Notes: a model not told the origin generated them from the sequence alone. 64,000 nt of DNA from Epiperipatus broadwayi (GCA_028023455.1 JAQFVV010000001.1:27342001-27406000), one strand, 5' to 3'. Positions 39,360 through 52,700 are shown, numbered from the stretch's first letter. Made by a program: numbers and translations.

Positions 39360-41340
39360 ACCATTTTAATATGTTTCAATTGTGATTGGATATATAGGCT
39401 TAAGTATTTTCCTGTATATATAGGCTTTTTATAAACCATAATTTTTTATTTTATGATGAAGGTGTTTCAAGAACATTTAAGAATGTCAGTTTATATTTTT
39501 GTTAGAATTTTATTGTGAATTTTATTGAAAGAGATATGTTATTGGGGTGTATCCAGAATGTTTGTTATAGTACTTCCCCATGTATCATACAACAAATGTA
39601 TCATCGATATAGTAAAACCAGAATTTTGGTGAAGATATAGTGGTATTTGGGACTGGTTTCAAATTCTTATATGTAAATGTTGCTGATCAGGAATGGCAGT
39701 GCAATCCATAGCTATTCTTTGATTTTATTGAAAGAATTCTGATATGTGTTGAAAGTATGTTATTGTTATGGAGAATGTTAAGAGTTCCACTACACTATCA
39801 ATAAAGAGTTATTCTGGTGTGCAAGCTATTATCCTCATTTAATATTTTTCTTATAATAAACAATGCTTCATCACTTAATACATAAGTGAATAAACTCCAC
39901 ATAAAAGCTTAGTAATATATTAGTTATTTCTATTTTCATATATTTGATTATTACCACAAATGAACCCCAAAAAGAAATCTTGACAAATTTTGACATAAGG
40001 AATTAGTAGAATTAAAAATAAATCTTAATGAAATATAGTCCTTATGGATTTTAGTTTTGATTTTCCCATGAGGGAATCTTATTGCAAGAACATCTAAGAA
40101 TGCCAATTTTTGTTCTGTTATAATTCTGTTGGGAATTTAATTGAAAGAGATGTTATTAATTTGTGTCCAAAGTGTGTGCAATAGTGCTCAATCATGTGGC
40201 CATACAGTAAATATATCTAGAAAAATCAAATGTTTGAGAGAAGTGGAACATTATTTGTGGCTGTGGTTTCAAGTTCTTCAATATAAATGTTGCTAAAAAG
40301 GGGGGACAATGATGAATCCATAGCTATTTCATGATTTTATTGGGAGGATTCTGTATATTCATCCAATCATGACAGAAGCACAAAAAGAGTAATCATTCTA
40401 TTATTCTGTTTGTTGAGAAACTAGTGACTTAGAAAAAAAGTCCAATGTGGAAAAGTGCATAACCATCACCTATCATTAGGGCAAAAACCCTCAAGTAAAC
40501 AATAAAAGAAAAAACAATTATGGTGACTATAAGATTTATCTGCAATCAAAATCACATTAAAACAGCTTTCCAAAACCATGTACATTATGAGGAATTCTAA
40601 CATCTACAAAATGTAAATTTGAAATGCTGAATAACGAACTTCATGAAATATCATGTGAATGTGGGACATACATTAGTGAAACCAGAAGATCTATTGAAAA
40701 GTGATTAAAAGAGCACAAAGTAGTCTTGCATTGGTGGTCGAGAGGTCAGCGCGACTGCCTTGCACTTGCAGGCAGTTGCCCGGGTTGCGGGTTCGCGTCT
40801 CGGCCGATGCTATGACATTTAAAAAAAAAAAAAAAAAGAGCACAAAGTAATGAATAAAGAAAAAATAACAGATGTTTCTAAATGGCAGACCATGTATGTA
40901 TTACTGATCACATTTTTTGGTTGGAAAAAGACAGGAAGAATATTATACAGAGAAGAAAAAGTAAAAAGAAGAAAATGTAAAGAAGTTGCTTACATGACAA
41001 TTACAAATAAGTGAATAAAATCAAACTGATGTCATAGTACATAGTGTTTGGTAACCATACAATAAACTTGTTCTTAAGGAAAAAATGGAGAAATCAGAAG
41101 ACATAGATAAGTAGATGAAATATCTATTGACTGTTAACTTTTACAGAATACATAATTGGTTAGTGTTTCATCTTAAATTTATTATTTCACTGGTCTAGCC
41201 AACATACTTTGAAGAAGATAGGAGAGTAATATCACTCAAAATGTTGTATTATATATTTAGCTTTATATTATTATTATTAACAATTTATGTTATTTGAAAA
41301 GTATAAATAAAGTTTGAAATTTTTAAAAACTTTTAACAAA
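39360..41340. mobile_element. Rearranged Penelope-like element: two RT fragments on - strand, GIY-YIG and 3' end on + strand
   Basis: Minus ~39500-39750 and ~40090-40370 are two diverged copies reading like IAM..P..L.NIY..EFE...KFWFYYIDDTFVV...NNISLSIKFT (PLE RT). Plus ~40640-40720 reads HEISCECGTYISETRRSIEK*LKEHK (GIY-YIG) and continues after the SINE. Confidence 0.8.
40722..40837 (+). mobile_element. Young tRNA-Gly-related SINE with 17-nt poly(A) and ~16-bp TSD
   Basis: TSD AAAAGAGCACAAAGTA at 40707-40722 and 40834-40849. A-box-like TGGTCGAGAGG and B-box-like GGGTTCGCGTC. GC/CpG-rich. It shares the AGTC..GCATTGGTGG start and TGACA tail with the 12401 copy. Confidence 0.9.
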
Positions 41341-41730
41341 TTAGATGATGAAAATAGTCTAACATATTGTAAATCCAGATGTAGGTTTTGAAAATTCTTA
41401 AATAATTATTCTCTACTTTTTTTTAAAGGATGTTTTATACATAAAATCAATTAAACTTAAGCATTTAGAAAACTTGTAATGTTTTCCAATTCTGATTTTA
41501 TCTTGTTTTTAACTCTTTGAATTAATCAAGCTTCATTTCTAAAAATTCACTGGCTCTTCTGAACAGAAGTCTGGAGATATGATCCATCAATTGATTGATC
41601 TTAATATCAAGAATCTAATGAGAAGATTATACTTAAAGTTAGATTTATAGATACACATTGTACACATGCAAATTTTGTATAATATATACGTACATTTACA
41701 CATATATATGGGCATATTATTTTATTTTAG

Positions 41731-41820
41731 TTAAGGGCATTTGTAGTTCCAGTGAAGGATATTCGAAACATGAGTATTACATTCCCTATTCCAGATCTCC
41801 ATCCGTGGTATTTATCAAAA
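41731..41820 (+). CDS. IDE: IDE coding exon (LRAFVVPVKDIRNMSITFPIPDLHPWYLSK), 90 bp
   Basis: TTTTAG acceptor and AAA|GTAAGT donor; phase 0/0. Matches IDE IVPIKDIRNLYVTFPIPDL (recalled). Confidence 0.96.
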
Positions 41821-42243
41821 GTAAGTATAAAGAAATTAATTATTTCAATTTTTTTATTTTAAAAACATTTTTATTATTATATAAATCTCAGTCAATGTGT
41901 AATATATATATTGAAAAGTGCTCTTTATAGAATTATTTGAATAAAGATTTTAAATTTACACATTAGCAAACTTTGGAAATTGTAATCTATGAACAACATC
42001 TCTGGATCAATTTTTAGGTTTGTTACCAGTGCCAGATCTTTCTACATATTGATCCAATTTAGAAGTTGCTAAAAATATTTATATACAAAATAGATGTAAG
42101 TTATTTTAAAATGTGAAGTTTAATTTATTATAAGATTATTTTAACATTATGTTTTTATAGAAATGCTCTCTGCAGAACAATTTTTAAATTAAATATTTTT
42201 TGCATCTTCTGGTTGAATTATATTATGTTAGAAAAAAACCTTG

Positions 42244-42291
42244 AAATGCTGAAGAAGAGTAGGACTCAGAAAGTAATTTATTACGTCTTAC
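42244..42291 (+). ncRNA. Hammerhead-like motif, degenerate
   Basis: CTGAAGA(42249-55)-aGAGTaggACTCa-GAAA(42269-72)-GTAATttATTAC-GTC(42285-87). Helices II and III form, but C15.2 is missing and helix I does not pair. Confidence 0.4.
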
Positions 42292-42399
42292 TTTTTCCTA
42301 GTTTTCATTAAATGGGATTTGAACCCAGACTTTCAAGCTCCTTCAGTCATTCACTCTACTTAATATAACCAATACATATAACCTCGTACATGTGAAAAA

Positions 42400-42452
42400 G
42401 ATAACTTTAATATATATATTTCTTGCTGAACCAGCACTCATCAGTTGGTCGG
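42400..42452 (-). ncRNA. Minimal hammerhead motif with palindromic helix III, at the end of a ~390-bp non-coding element (~42390-42780)
   Basis: Minus strand: gaccaa-CTGATGA-gTGCTGgttCAGCAa-GAAA-TATATATA-TT-aaagttatc. 5-bp helix II and self-complementary helix III; helix I is not evident. Confidence 0.55.
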
Positions 42453-45400
42453 GCTTATCATCTCCCACACAAATATATAATCACTGCTCGATTTTATATT
42501 AAGATAGCAAATCTACAAACTTGATAATGAACAGGCTTTAATTCTCTCCACTCTCCGACTCTTCAGCCATCCATATCATTCAAAATCTGATGATGGAATG
42601 CTTAAAGCCCTTGTTGATGCCAGTATTTTTGTATACCCTTGTTGACCTTTAGTCACTCTGATCCCTCATATGTAGGACCATGTCCATTTAAATACACAGA
42701 AGAGGGATGGGCAGAATACAGGCCGAATATGTTATATTTAAATAGTAGTATGCTTATATTAAGGAATTTATTTGGTTTGTGAGAACACTTTTTAATAATA
42801 TGCTACAATACTTCTTTATTGCTTTCATATTATTTTATATATATTGTAAATAATTTCATTAATAATAATGGGAGTATTAAAATAATTTTTTAATAGATTT
42901 ATTTATGTTGCCAGAATATACTTAGTTTATTAACAAAAAATAACAGATGCAAGCAATTATAGTTGAAAATAAAGCAACTTAAATCTCTTTAGCTACAAAT
43001 ATTTATAGTAACTTGTGGGTTAAGTTAGTGAATTGAAACATTGATACTCTTGAAAATAAATGGAGCATAGATAGCAATAGGTCTTAATTTGTTTGATTTT
43101 ACAATTTTAGAGGTTTGCTAATGTGTAAATTTAAAATGTTATTTTTTCTACAGAAATTATTTTTCAATATTAAGATTATAATTCTTTTGGAAAATTATTA
43201 TAACAGAAAGTATATACGCACTGTGAGAATTCAGTTCATAAAAAAACTTCTTTTTTTTTTTTTTAAAAGAGAACTGGAAAAACGACACCATATTACTTTA
43301 TTGGAATTTAACAAATGTTATATATTTTCTGATTATCATTAAAATCTATCAATTCAATGAAAATGATGGTTGTTAAGTTTTTACTTTTTTTTTTACCACA
43401 AAGCTTAAGGATTTATTTTCTTTTGATTATTTTGTTAAATTTGTTTATGTCTATTAATTGATTTATTAACAAGCATGTTTTATGATTCCTAAAGAGTTTA
43501 TTCATTAGTGAAGTCATAAATATTTTTGACCAATATTTTTTCTTTGAGATTAATAAAAGATTTAAAGATCTTAAAATCTTATTAATGGAAAGCAAATTGT
43601 ATATAATTCTAAGACAATTAAGATATATATCTATAGCAAAAATTGTCAAGAATCCTGCTTTCATGAGGGTGATGTAAGTAATAAATCAAAGGTCACTATA
43701 ATTAATTAATTAATTTGCATTATCAAAAACATCAAGTTTAAAATACAAATTAAGACAAACAGATCTTTCTCTAAAATGCTAAATCATCTGCAATTAGTTT
43801 CTAAACTTTTATGGTGCAATGTTTCTGCTGATATTATAATAATAAACAATTGATGGTTATCCTATTATAGATTAATGTATCTGTTATTAGTTAATTAATT
43901 TAAACTATTGGTAGTATGTTATCTTATTTAGCAGTATTGACTAAATTGTACTTTATTAATACTTTCATATTTCAAACCTTATTTTTCTTGCAAAAATTGG
44001 TGGATTTAGATGTTCATTAGAAGATAAGTACAAACTTGTTAAAATCATGTTTAAAAATTTGAAGATGAAGATATGTATTATTTTATGAATGACTTATCTG
44101 ATAACGCAGAACATGATCCCATATATCATGTCTTATTTTAAAAGATATGATGGCTTTAATGAATAAAGTTTTGGAAATAAAAAAGCTCTGATTGCTGTAC
44201 TTTTTGCCACATTCCCATTTAATTATGTGATTTTTGACTTAGGAAAAGTTTGATTTTTTTTGATTAATGAAAAACATAATCATCACATCCATCTTAATTA
44301 AATGAAGGATATTTCTATATTTTAGTTATAATAAACTGGGCACATTGCTTTATAATGCTTTATAAATGGTCTGTTTAACAAATTTAATCAAGTTAAAATT
44401 ATTTAGATCTTGATTACCATTACTTAAATAGTAGATGCATAACAACTGGTGCATATTTTTATACTTTAAACATGTAGTTTGTGGACATTGGAAAATATAT
44501 GACGTATCTTCAGTTAAAGTTTTCTGTTAAAGTATTGTAGGATTGTAGCATATAATTAGAAAGAAAATGAATAGCTGAAAGAATTGAAATTATCATATAT
44601 GTAAAATACCTTCAATCAGATATTTGAAATCTTTTAATATAGAAATATAGAATTGTAGGACATTATTAGAAAGAGAATGACTGGTTAAAAAGACAAAAGT
44701 TGTCATGCATCTGCTGAAAGAATATTATATAAATATATTTAATTTTATTAAATTTAAAAGTCTATATGTAAGGTTAAAAGAAATGACTGTAATGAAGAAT
44801 GATTAATAATTATTTATTTATTGAAAAGTGATTGTTAATCGTGGTGAGCTTTTTGGCTACCATTCCAAGCCAAACATTTTGCTCTCTTCCTTCATCAAAT
44901 AGACAGAAACTAATTGGTTCCCAAATACAATCCATTGATGCATTTTGCATGTCCACTGATAAAATAAATTTCAAATTCAAAATAATTTAAATAAATTTGT
45001 ATTAATATAATGCAGTAATATTAATCTCCCCTATCCAGGTGTCCCTGGTATTTGTGTACTTATTTGCTCCATTACTGCTCTTATTGTGTTTTCTAAATCT
45101 ATGAGGCGAATAATATTAAATGATATTTTTATTATTACTTACAAATATAAAATTGTGTCATTAAAATAATTTTTAATTATGAGCTCTGTTATTAAATATG
45201 CGATTATATATGAAATAATCTCAGTGCATAACACTAACTGAAATTAAATTTAAAATGACTGAATCACTCTTACAAATGTTAAGTAATTTTAGTTATGCCC
45301 CCTGTAAATAAATATGCAAAAGTCTGATTCTCATAATAGCCAGACCAAAAAATACTGAACTGTATGCTGCAGTGATGTTAAATATTGAAATAAGGACTTA

Positions 45401-47249
45401 TTCAAACAAAGAGCATGATATTTAAATTAGCAATGATTTTAAATTACTCATAAACAAACATGTTTAATATACATACCCATATGTAGAATGGTATGGAAAT
45501 TAATAAACTTTTAATTTAACTAAAAAATAATTTAATTAAAAACTAAAAGTAATTTGAATAAATTAAATAATAAAGAAAATTATATGCACAAATAAGCATT
45601 CCAAATTGTCATATATTATCCAGTTACTACACATACCATTTACTATAGATACTTATATCAATAAACATTCTATAGTCATTATGTATTAACCTTAACATTA
45701 GGTTCTTAAATACCAGTTTTATCTTGTAATGAAATTTTTAAATTTTTGTAATAAAGCCATGACATTACCATTTGACATATTTTGATAAAATCTATACTAA
45801 ATTCTAAAGGCCTATTCTCATATAGTAATCTTTCTTCAAAAATATAAAAAAATAAAACATATTATTGCTTTATGGATTAGCAAATTGAAATCAAAATTTA
45901 GAAGGAATATTACAGGAATGGAAAGAACAAAAAAAGTCATTTTTTTCACTTATGATTTATATCTCACAGAATATTTATATATGTTAATGTATATAAAAAA
46001 GTCATATATATATTATAGCTGTTAAAAATGAATAATTATGAAATATAACAAAAGAAATAAATATTTTATATCAAAATATTGTAGGTAAACAGCACTTAAA
46101 GGATATTTTTTTAAAAAAAACAAAACTTTATAAATAAAGTATTTTGAAAACATCTTATCCATAAAAATAATGTGTACATATTTGTAACTACAATTGTTTT
46201 CCATGATTTTGTAAATTTCATTCAAAATGATTTTCTGGGATTCCACAATTTTAAATAATTCACAGATTTCTATTTAATCTGGAGATTTTAGAGAACAACT
46301 ATACTATTCAAGTCCAACATATCAACATGGAACAAAGATATCCACTCTAAAATCTAGAGATCCATGGAGACAACATTCACTGATGCCATTAGTTTGGTTG
46401 ATTACATATTCAGGTTGACCATTTTTTAGTCTGCCCCCACCCTCTTCCATACTAGCAAAGTATTATGTATTATTGAATAAATAATAACATTGATAGAATT
46501 TTAACTTTAATATGATTAGCCAGGTTTTGCATATGATGATTGTTACTATATATTGTAATGGAACAGGCTTTTATCTGGTATGAAATATAGGGTAGCTAGA
46601 TCATCACAATGAATAAGAGAGTATATTTTTTTGATCTTTGGGTCTATATATACTACATACACATTGATTTCATTTCTAGAAGAGGAAAGGTTAAGAATCA
46701 ACTAAATATTAAATATATATCTAACTCACTTCATCCATGCATATTTCATTTCCATTATTCCAAATTTCGAACTCTTGGAGACTGCATGATCATCTAGTTC
46801 AGGCTATATTAGTATCATTTAAAATACAGATAGGTGTAAACATTTGTAGGTGTTAATGGTAGGTGTGAATATGAACTTACGTGTAAATGGAAAATATTTA
46901 TAAATATGTAAGAAGGTATGACCAGTTAAAAAGTTGACTATAGAAAAACATGACAAGAGTTTTTAATTTAACATTTGAATATATTTAATAACTATATTTA
47001 CAGCAATTAATATTTTTAACAAAGAAAATTTATAACAAAATTATAAAACATTTAATTAGACATTTATGATCTTATAATTGATTCTAACTATTATTTTTAC
47101 CCCACAAAGAATAGCCATTGTATGTCCCTATTAACATAAATGAAATTTATATAATGTTTGTGATTACCACAATCATCTTTACTTTCTATATTTTTATTTG
47201 GAACTTGTAATTCATTTTATTTAAATTAACTTTGTATATTAGATTCCTA

Positions 47250-48400
47250 TCTGTCATCATGGTGATATGGGATTCCCCTGTTATTATGGTAGTCATGCTA
47301 TAGACAAGGAAAACTGTTTGTGACAGAAATAGTTAGTCAAATATATCCAAAATATTTAAAACAACTATTAGTATAAACAAACAAAGAAAAATATACGTAG
47401 TGCTAGTAAATGTTTGGACTAAATACGTATCAGGTAAAATCTTACCTTTCCCCTCTGATGATGATCGGATTAATACACGGTCAAGTGCTTATCATAAGCT
47501 ATATTTTATTTTGCTTATACTAAAGACAACAATATTTCTTCAGTATGTTACACACTAGCACTTATATTCCCCATTTTTGTGACTATATTAAAGTAAAGAA
47601 AAAAAATTATATCAAATATATAAATAAAGTTAATGATGTCAACCTAAATTTAATTTTGTTGTTTATAAGAAAAATTGTCCTAGTAAATCATTCCAGTAAT
47701 CCTTGTTAATCCATTTGCGGTATAGATGGTAAATTATGAATGTTCTAGAACATCCACCAAGTCACTTATTCTTTATAGCCTTGGAATTTCTGCTTTGAAG
47801 TGAAAAGTTATTGGCTCCATTCATTAAGAATCAACTTGATGTTTTGTAGCACAGATGTAAAGTGCTAGGCCATCTTCATACCGATTCTGACAAGTTATAG
47901 CGACTTTCTTTTCCCGATGTAGCTTTTGCACTTAGAAATGCATATTTATCTTTATCATATTTATATATTTCTTTAATGAATTATTTTGATTGAAGTAACA
48001 TCAATATTTTTTGTATTATTATATACCTCAAATCTAGATATTGTGATCTATAATTTAGAATTACCGACACTTTGGAAATTTGAATGATCTGAATTTACTT
48101 GCAAAGATTTCAATTTTGATTTCCTTAGTTGGCTAACTTTAATTCTGTACACTTGTTTTTGTTTTCTCAGATATTCAGGTATTGGTTTTTACTAGTATTT
48201 CAACTCAAAATTGGCTGATGTTTCTCTTCAAATTGTAAATTTGAATCCTCTACCTAAATTTTTGTAAGTTATTCAGCAGATAAGAAAAGTTTTTTTCTCT
48301 CTTTGAAGAAGAAGCTCCTTGTTCAAAGAAAAGCAAGTTCATGATTATCATTTAGGTCTATTGTTGACATCATTTTTAATGAATATTATTATATAATTTG
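47250..48400. mobile_element. Probable Penelope-like remnant (GIY-YIG on - strand, pseudo-LTR-like segment on + strand)
   Basis: Minus ~47740-47940 reads CISKCKSYIGKRKSL*LVRIG...MA*HF. Plus 47455-47483 has CTGATGA followed by a 6-bp hairpin, but no GAAA. Confidence 0.45.
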
Positions 48401-48649
48401 TTAATAACAATACAATTTTTATTTGATATTTGTTTACTTTAATATTAATTTTTATTTCTAGATTGCATTCATTTTATCTGATCTTATTTACCACGCATTG
48501 TTATATTGTGTTGGAATTATAATACATTTAACAAGATAATAATTGCTAAAGTTTAGTTATCATGTGTGTCTTATAATTTAATTGAGATATGTATTTATAG
48601 TATAATTAAGTTGGAATTTAAAATGTGTGTTGCAATTAATGGTTTGTCA

Positions 48650-49750
48650 ATTAATCTAGCAATTAAATAAATAACACGAATATCATGGGTCTTAGATTTG
48701 GATTAGGCCACACGTTGTGTAATTGGTATTGGAGGAATGTAAGGGGTACCTGTAACAATATGGTGCATGATTAATTGAACTTTGTTCTTCATTTTTTATT
48801 TTGACCTTCATTGGTTCCAATTATAAATTCAACAAGTATGGAGTGTAGACAGCTAGTCTTTGTTCTTTCTGTGAGTACTCCTTCTTTGAATATCTTTTTA
48901 CCACTGACATAGTTGAATACAAAGTCAAATTACTTTCTCCATTCTTGTTTTTCAAACATGATAGACTTTTATTAATTATTTTCCCTCTTTGTACATCTTA
49001 CCATTGTCATATTTGAATAAAAAAAGCAAACAACTTTCTTCATTCTTGTTTTGTTTTTGTAAGATATTTTCAAAAAAACTTATTTCATAATGTTTTTAAT
49101 CATTTGTATTATTGCATCAGTTTTTTGCTGTAATTGCTTGCTTTATCCCATTTTCTTCAATACTTGAATCTAGTGTATTAAATCATCTATTCTTTTTTCT
49201 TTTTTTTTGTATTTTGTTTCAGTTTTATGGCGAATAATTTCTTTGTTACTTTTTATTAGAATTTCCTCTTAATTTGTTCTCTCGTTACCTGATTCCTGAT
49301 TTTTCTACCTTTTGAATCTTTTCTTTCATTTCCTGATACATTTTCCCCTTATCAACAACCAGTATTTTTTTTATTTTTTTGAGCTAGTTTTTTTTGTTTA
49401 ATAATGTCATTTTAATTGCATGAGCTTATTGCCTTGCTTATTCCATCTGTTTCATTTCTTGCGTAGTGTTCTCATTCTGTTTCATTTACTGTATAACTTT
49501 CTCATTACATTGTTTCATTTCTTACATGGCCTTATAATTTTCTTTTTATTTTTTTTGGATAGTCTTATAATTTTTTTCAATATTGATTCATTTCTTACAT
49601 GGCCATATAATTTTTTTTATCTAGCCTCTCTTGGATTATAATTTTTTCATTATTCTGCATAATCTCATTATTTTGTTTCACTTTAGTGTTTTTCTCAATA
49701 CTTTTAAATAATGTATATACTCCATCTAGAGCCATTCTGACTTTTGTGTT
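48650..49750 (-). mobile_element. Probable decayed LTR-retrotransposon gag (coiled-coil repeat region)
   Basis: Minus strand is purine-rich and encodes repeated EMKQ-type heptads (EMKQCNEKVIQ*MKQNENTTQEMKQME). The + ORF 49420-49641 is its antisense. Confidence 0.4.
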
Positions 49751-52700
49751 TTCTGTAATAATTGCTCCATGTTTGGTTGGTATTTATAAGTTTTTATTTT
49801 ATTAATAATCATTTGTAATATTACAATCTTAATTTTTCTTTTCTTGTAACATTCATATATTAGAATTTATTCATATTAGTCAATATTATTCATGTGTGCA
49901 CTATTTACTTTATCATTATATGTAACTCATTCTTTTTTTGTGTCATCATCTATCCTTTTCTATATTTTAAACCATCCATGTAAATGGAATTATCTATTTT
50001 TAATCTTTTATTAGTTAATCTAAGTAACATTTTATTTTATTCATTTTTACATTTAACTGTATATTTATTGGCTACTTAACTATATAAACACACACATATG
50101 TGTGCTTTCTTTAATTATATATATATATACTTAATCCTGTACATAAGAAATCTATACATGATGATTTTTTACAATGATCATTAATCAATTTATATCCATT
50201 ACTTCAATTAACTATTCACCATAACAATCATTAAATTTTTTTTAGAAATTCTGTTGTAAAAAATGTCAACCATTTTACAAATATGATGACCATTTTTTAA
50301 GATTATTGTTGTTTTTGATTATTGATGTTATCAAGTTAGTGCCATTTTTACAAGATACAATGATGAGTTTTGTCCTAAGGGAAAAAAAATTTGTTCAAGA
50401 CTTTAGTCATTGTGTAATTAAAAACATTTAAAATAAAATTCAATAACACTATAAATTGCAATTATAATAAATTGAAAAGATTTCTGACACTGTGAAGATA
50501 ATTAATCTACACAAAAAAAGAAATAACTTTATTCCACATGTGATTAAAAATAAACTAACTATATGCAGAATTAAAATGTTCTAAAAATATATATTTTTAT
50601 TGAACCAATTTCTATTCAATAATTTTCTAACTATAAAAATTTTAATTTTTCCAAGCAAAAATGCCTGTCATTGTAAATGGGACTAATATTGTCAATATAT
50701 ATATATATTAACCATTAACATTATTAAAACTATAGCAACAAATTATACAATACTTTCTTGACTTAATCTTTATTTTATGAAGAAAGTTTTTTTATTTTTT
50801 TACTCAGAGTTTGATTATTATTTTAGTACAATGTTAAAAATTATAGAGAGACATATGATAATACTTGATAAGATGATCTCATACAGTAATGGATTCATTC
50901 AAAATCATAAACTGCTCAGTATAAACATTCTACTAAATTGTTAAAAAAATAAATACCTAAATTAAAATATTTAGTAACTTAAACAAAAAGGTATTATCCT
51001 ATTGATGATTATACATTATTGTATAATTAATAAGTATTGGAGTCACATATATTAATTTCAAAATGGGAAGTATTTGTAAAGCTAACTGTGTTTTGTTTTA
51101 TGTAAAAGTTTATATGTTATAATATGTACAGTTATTGTATTTAAGATCCTAGGGAATCCTGAATGGGTTTATCTTTTCAATATCTTAACCTATGAATATG
51201 TCATATTCAAAAATTTAGTATTAGTGGCTAGAATAAAAAAAGATAAATCTAAATTTAAGAAAATTAAATATAGAATTCAGTAACTTATAAATAAATATTA
51301 AAATTTCCAATTTTTATTTTTTTCTTAAGACTCAGAAACATATTTGAAAAATTCAGTTCAGTTCATGTACAATTTAAAAAAAAAAAAGTTCATATTAGTT
51401 AAGAACTATTAAATTAGTTGTACTTAATTAATTAAGGCTTTATAAATGAGGTTATTTGATTAATCTAGTCATAAATGGATTCTAAGAAAACAGAAAAACG
51501 ACCTGTATTTAGCATTAAAGAAAATAATTTTTGATAAGTAAGAATGGGAGCTTGAAAATCAGAAAATAAGTTTTTAAGAGGTATCATGAAGCTTATCTAT
51601 AAGGAATGAAAACTGATAGAGATATAAACATTCATTTACCTATTTATTATCTGAGATATGGCAGCATAAAGGCAGGATTATCAAAGAAGGGAAACAGAAA
51701 TAAGCATATGTGACAAATCTCCACAATGTGGTAATAATTACCTGTATATAAAAGTCATATAGCTAGAAAATACTTTTCATTATTATTTTTATACTATTAG
51801 CGATGAAAAACTTCTTTATCAGAATAACTTTTAGTAGTATGTGCTGAGAGCATGTAAAAGTGTACTACCCAGGTTTCCAAAATGTAATTTTTCAAAAGTG
51901 AAATAATTCCATGGCATGCATCCTAGTTAATAGTCTAAAGATAATGATGATACAAAACCAGCCATTTTGACTGTTCTAATATCTTGGTGGTAGTTTGTTA
52001 CTTTTGCTCAAATGTAACCCTATCTTATGGAAGTGAAGCATTATACTGGTCAAAGAATTCAGAGAGCCAAAGTTGGAAATAAATTCTAAGTTTGGAAAGG
52101 AATCTCAAAAATGACTTAAAGAGATATTAAAAGAGAATTATGCCATAGATAAATATGTAATTATAGAAAGGTCCTCAACAATAAGATAACTAATTGTTAA
52201 ATCTCTGATAAAGTTTTTTTTCTTTGATGTTTATAAAATGTATACTAGGCCTAAACTAACTTTTTATTTTATTTGTAAAATGTATTGTTTTTTATTATTC
52301 ATTTTATTTTAATGTCTAATAGAATATAAGAATATGTATTGATTATATTTGTTGGAACTTGTAAGTTTTGCTTTAGGCTTCTGTGAATTACTATTGTCTA
52401 TAGTAATGTTAATGTATAAAATTTTTTACAGAAAGCTAACTTGGTTAATGAAAACTAGATATTTCAGTCTTTATAAGTTATTTTTTTCTCCCTTCTCTTT
52501 TATTTTAAAGATGCGTCCTAATATGATATTTTTCTGATACTTCAGCTAAAGCTTTCAATTTTATTCTGTATGTGTTTGATCATGGTAATTTTTAATTAAA
52601 TCAATTTAAATGAATTATTTGTTTTTATTATTTAAAAATAAATTTAGTATCCAAGCCATTCTTATTTAAATCTTGTCTTATTTTCTTTGTATACTTAAAT

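Noticed and set aside
40728-40810. Functional class II tRNA with GCA anticodon (Cys/Sec-like)
   Set aside because: The long arm and apparent anticodon are explained by micro-duplications in a tRNA-Gly-derived body. Poly(A) and TSD show retroposition, and the T-loop is non-canonical.
41200-41250. Hammerhead at the 3' end of the 40-41 kb Penelope
   Set aside because: TTGAAGA...CAAA: both core segments are mutated and helix I is absent. Plausible by position but not supportable.
42320-42370. Minus-strand tRNA/SINE head (GGGTTCAAATCCC B box)
   Set aside because: Only the B box is recognisable; no A box, cloverleaf, tail or TSD.
48171-48178. 8-nt AG...GT micro-exon candidate
   Set aside because: It would frameshift IDE, lies within a TE remnant, and the flanking exons already join in frame.
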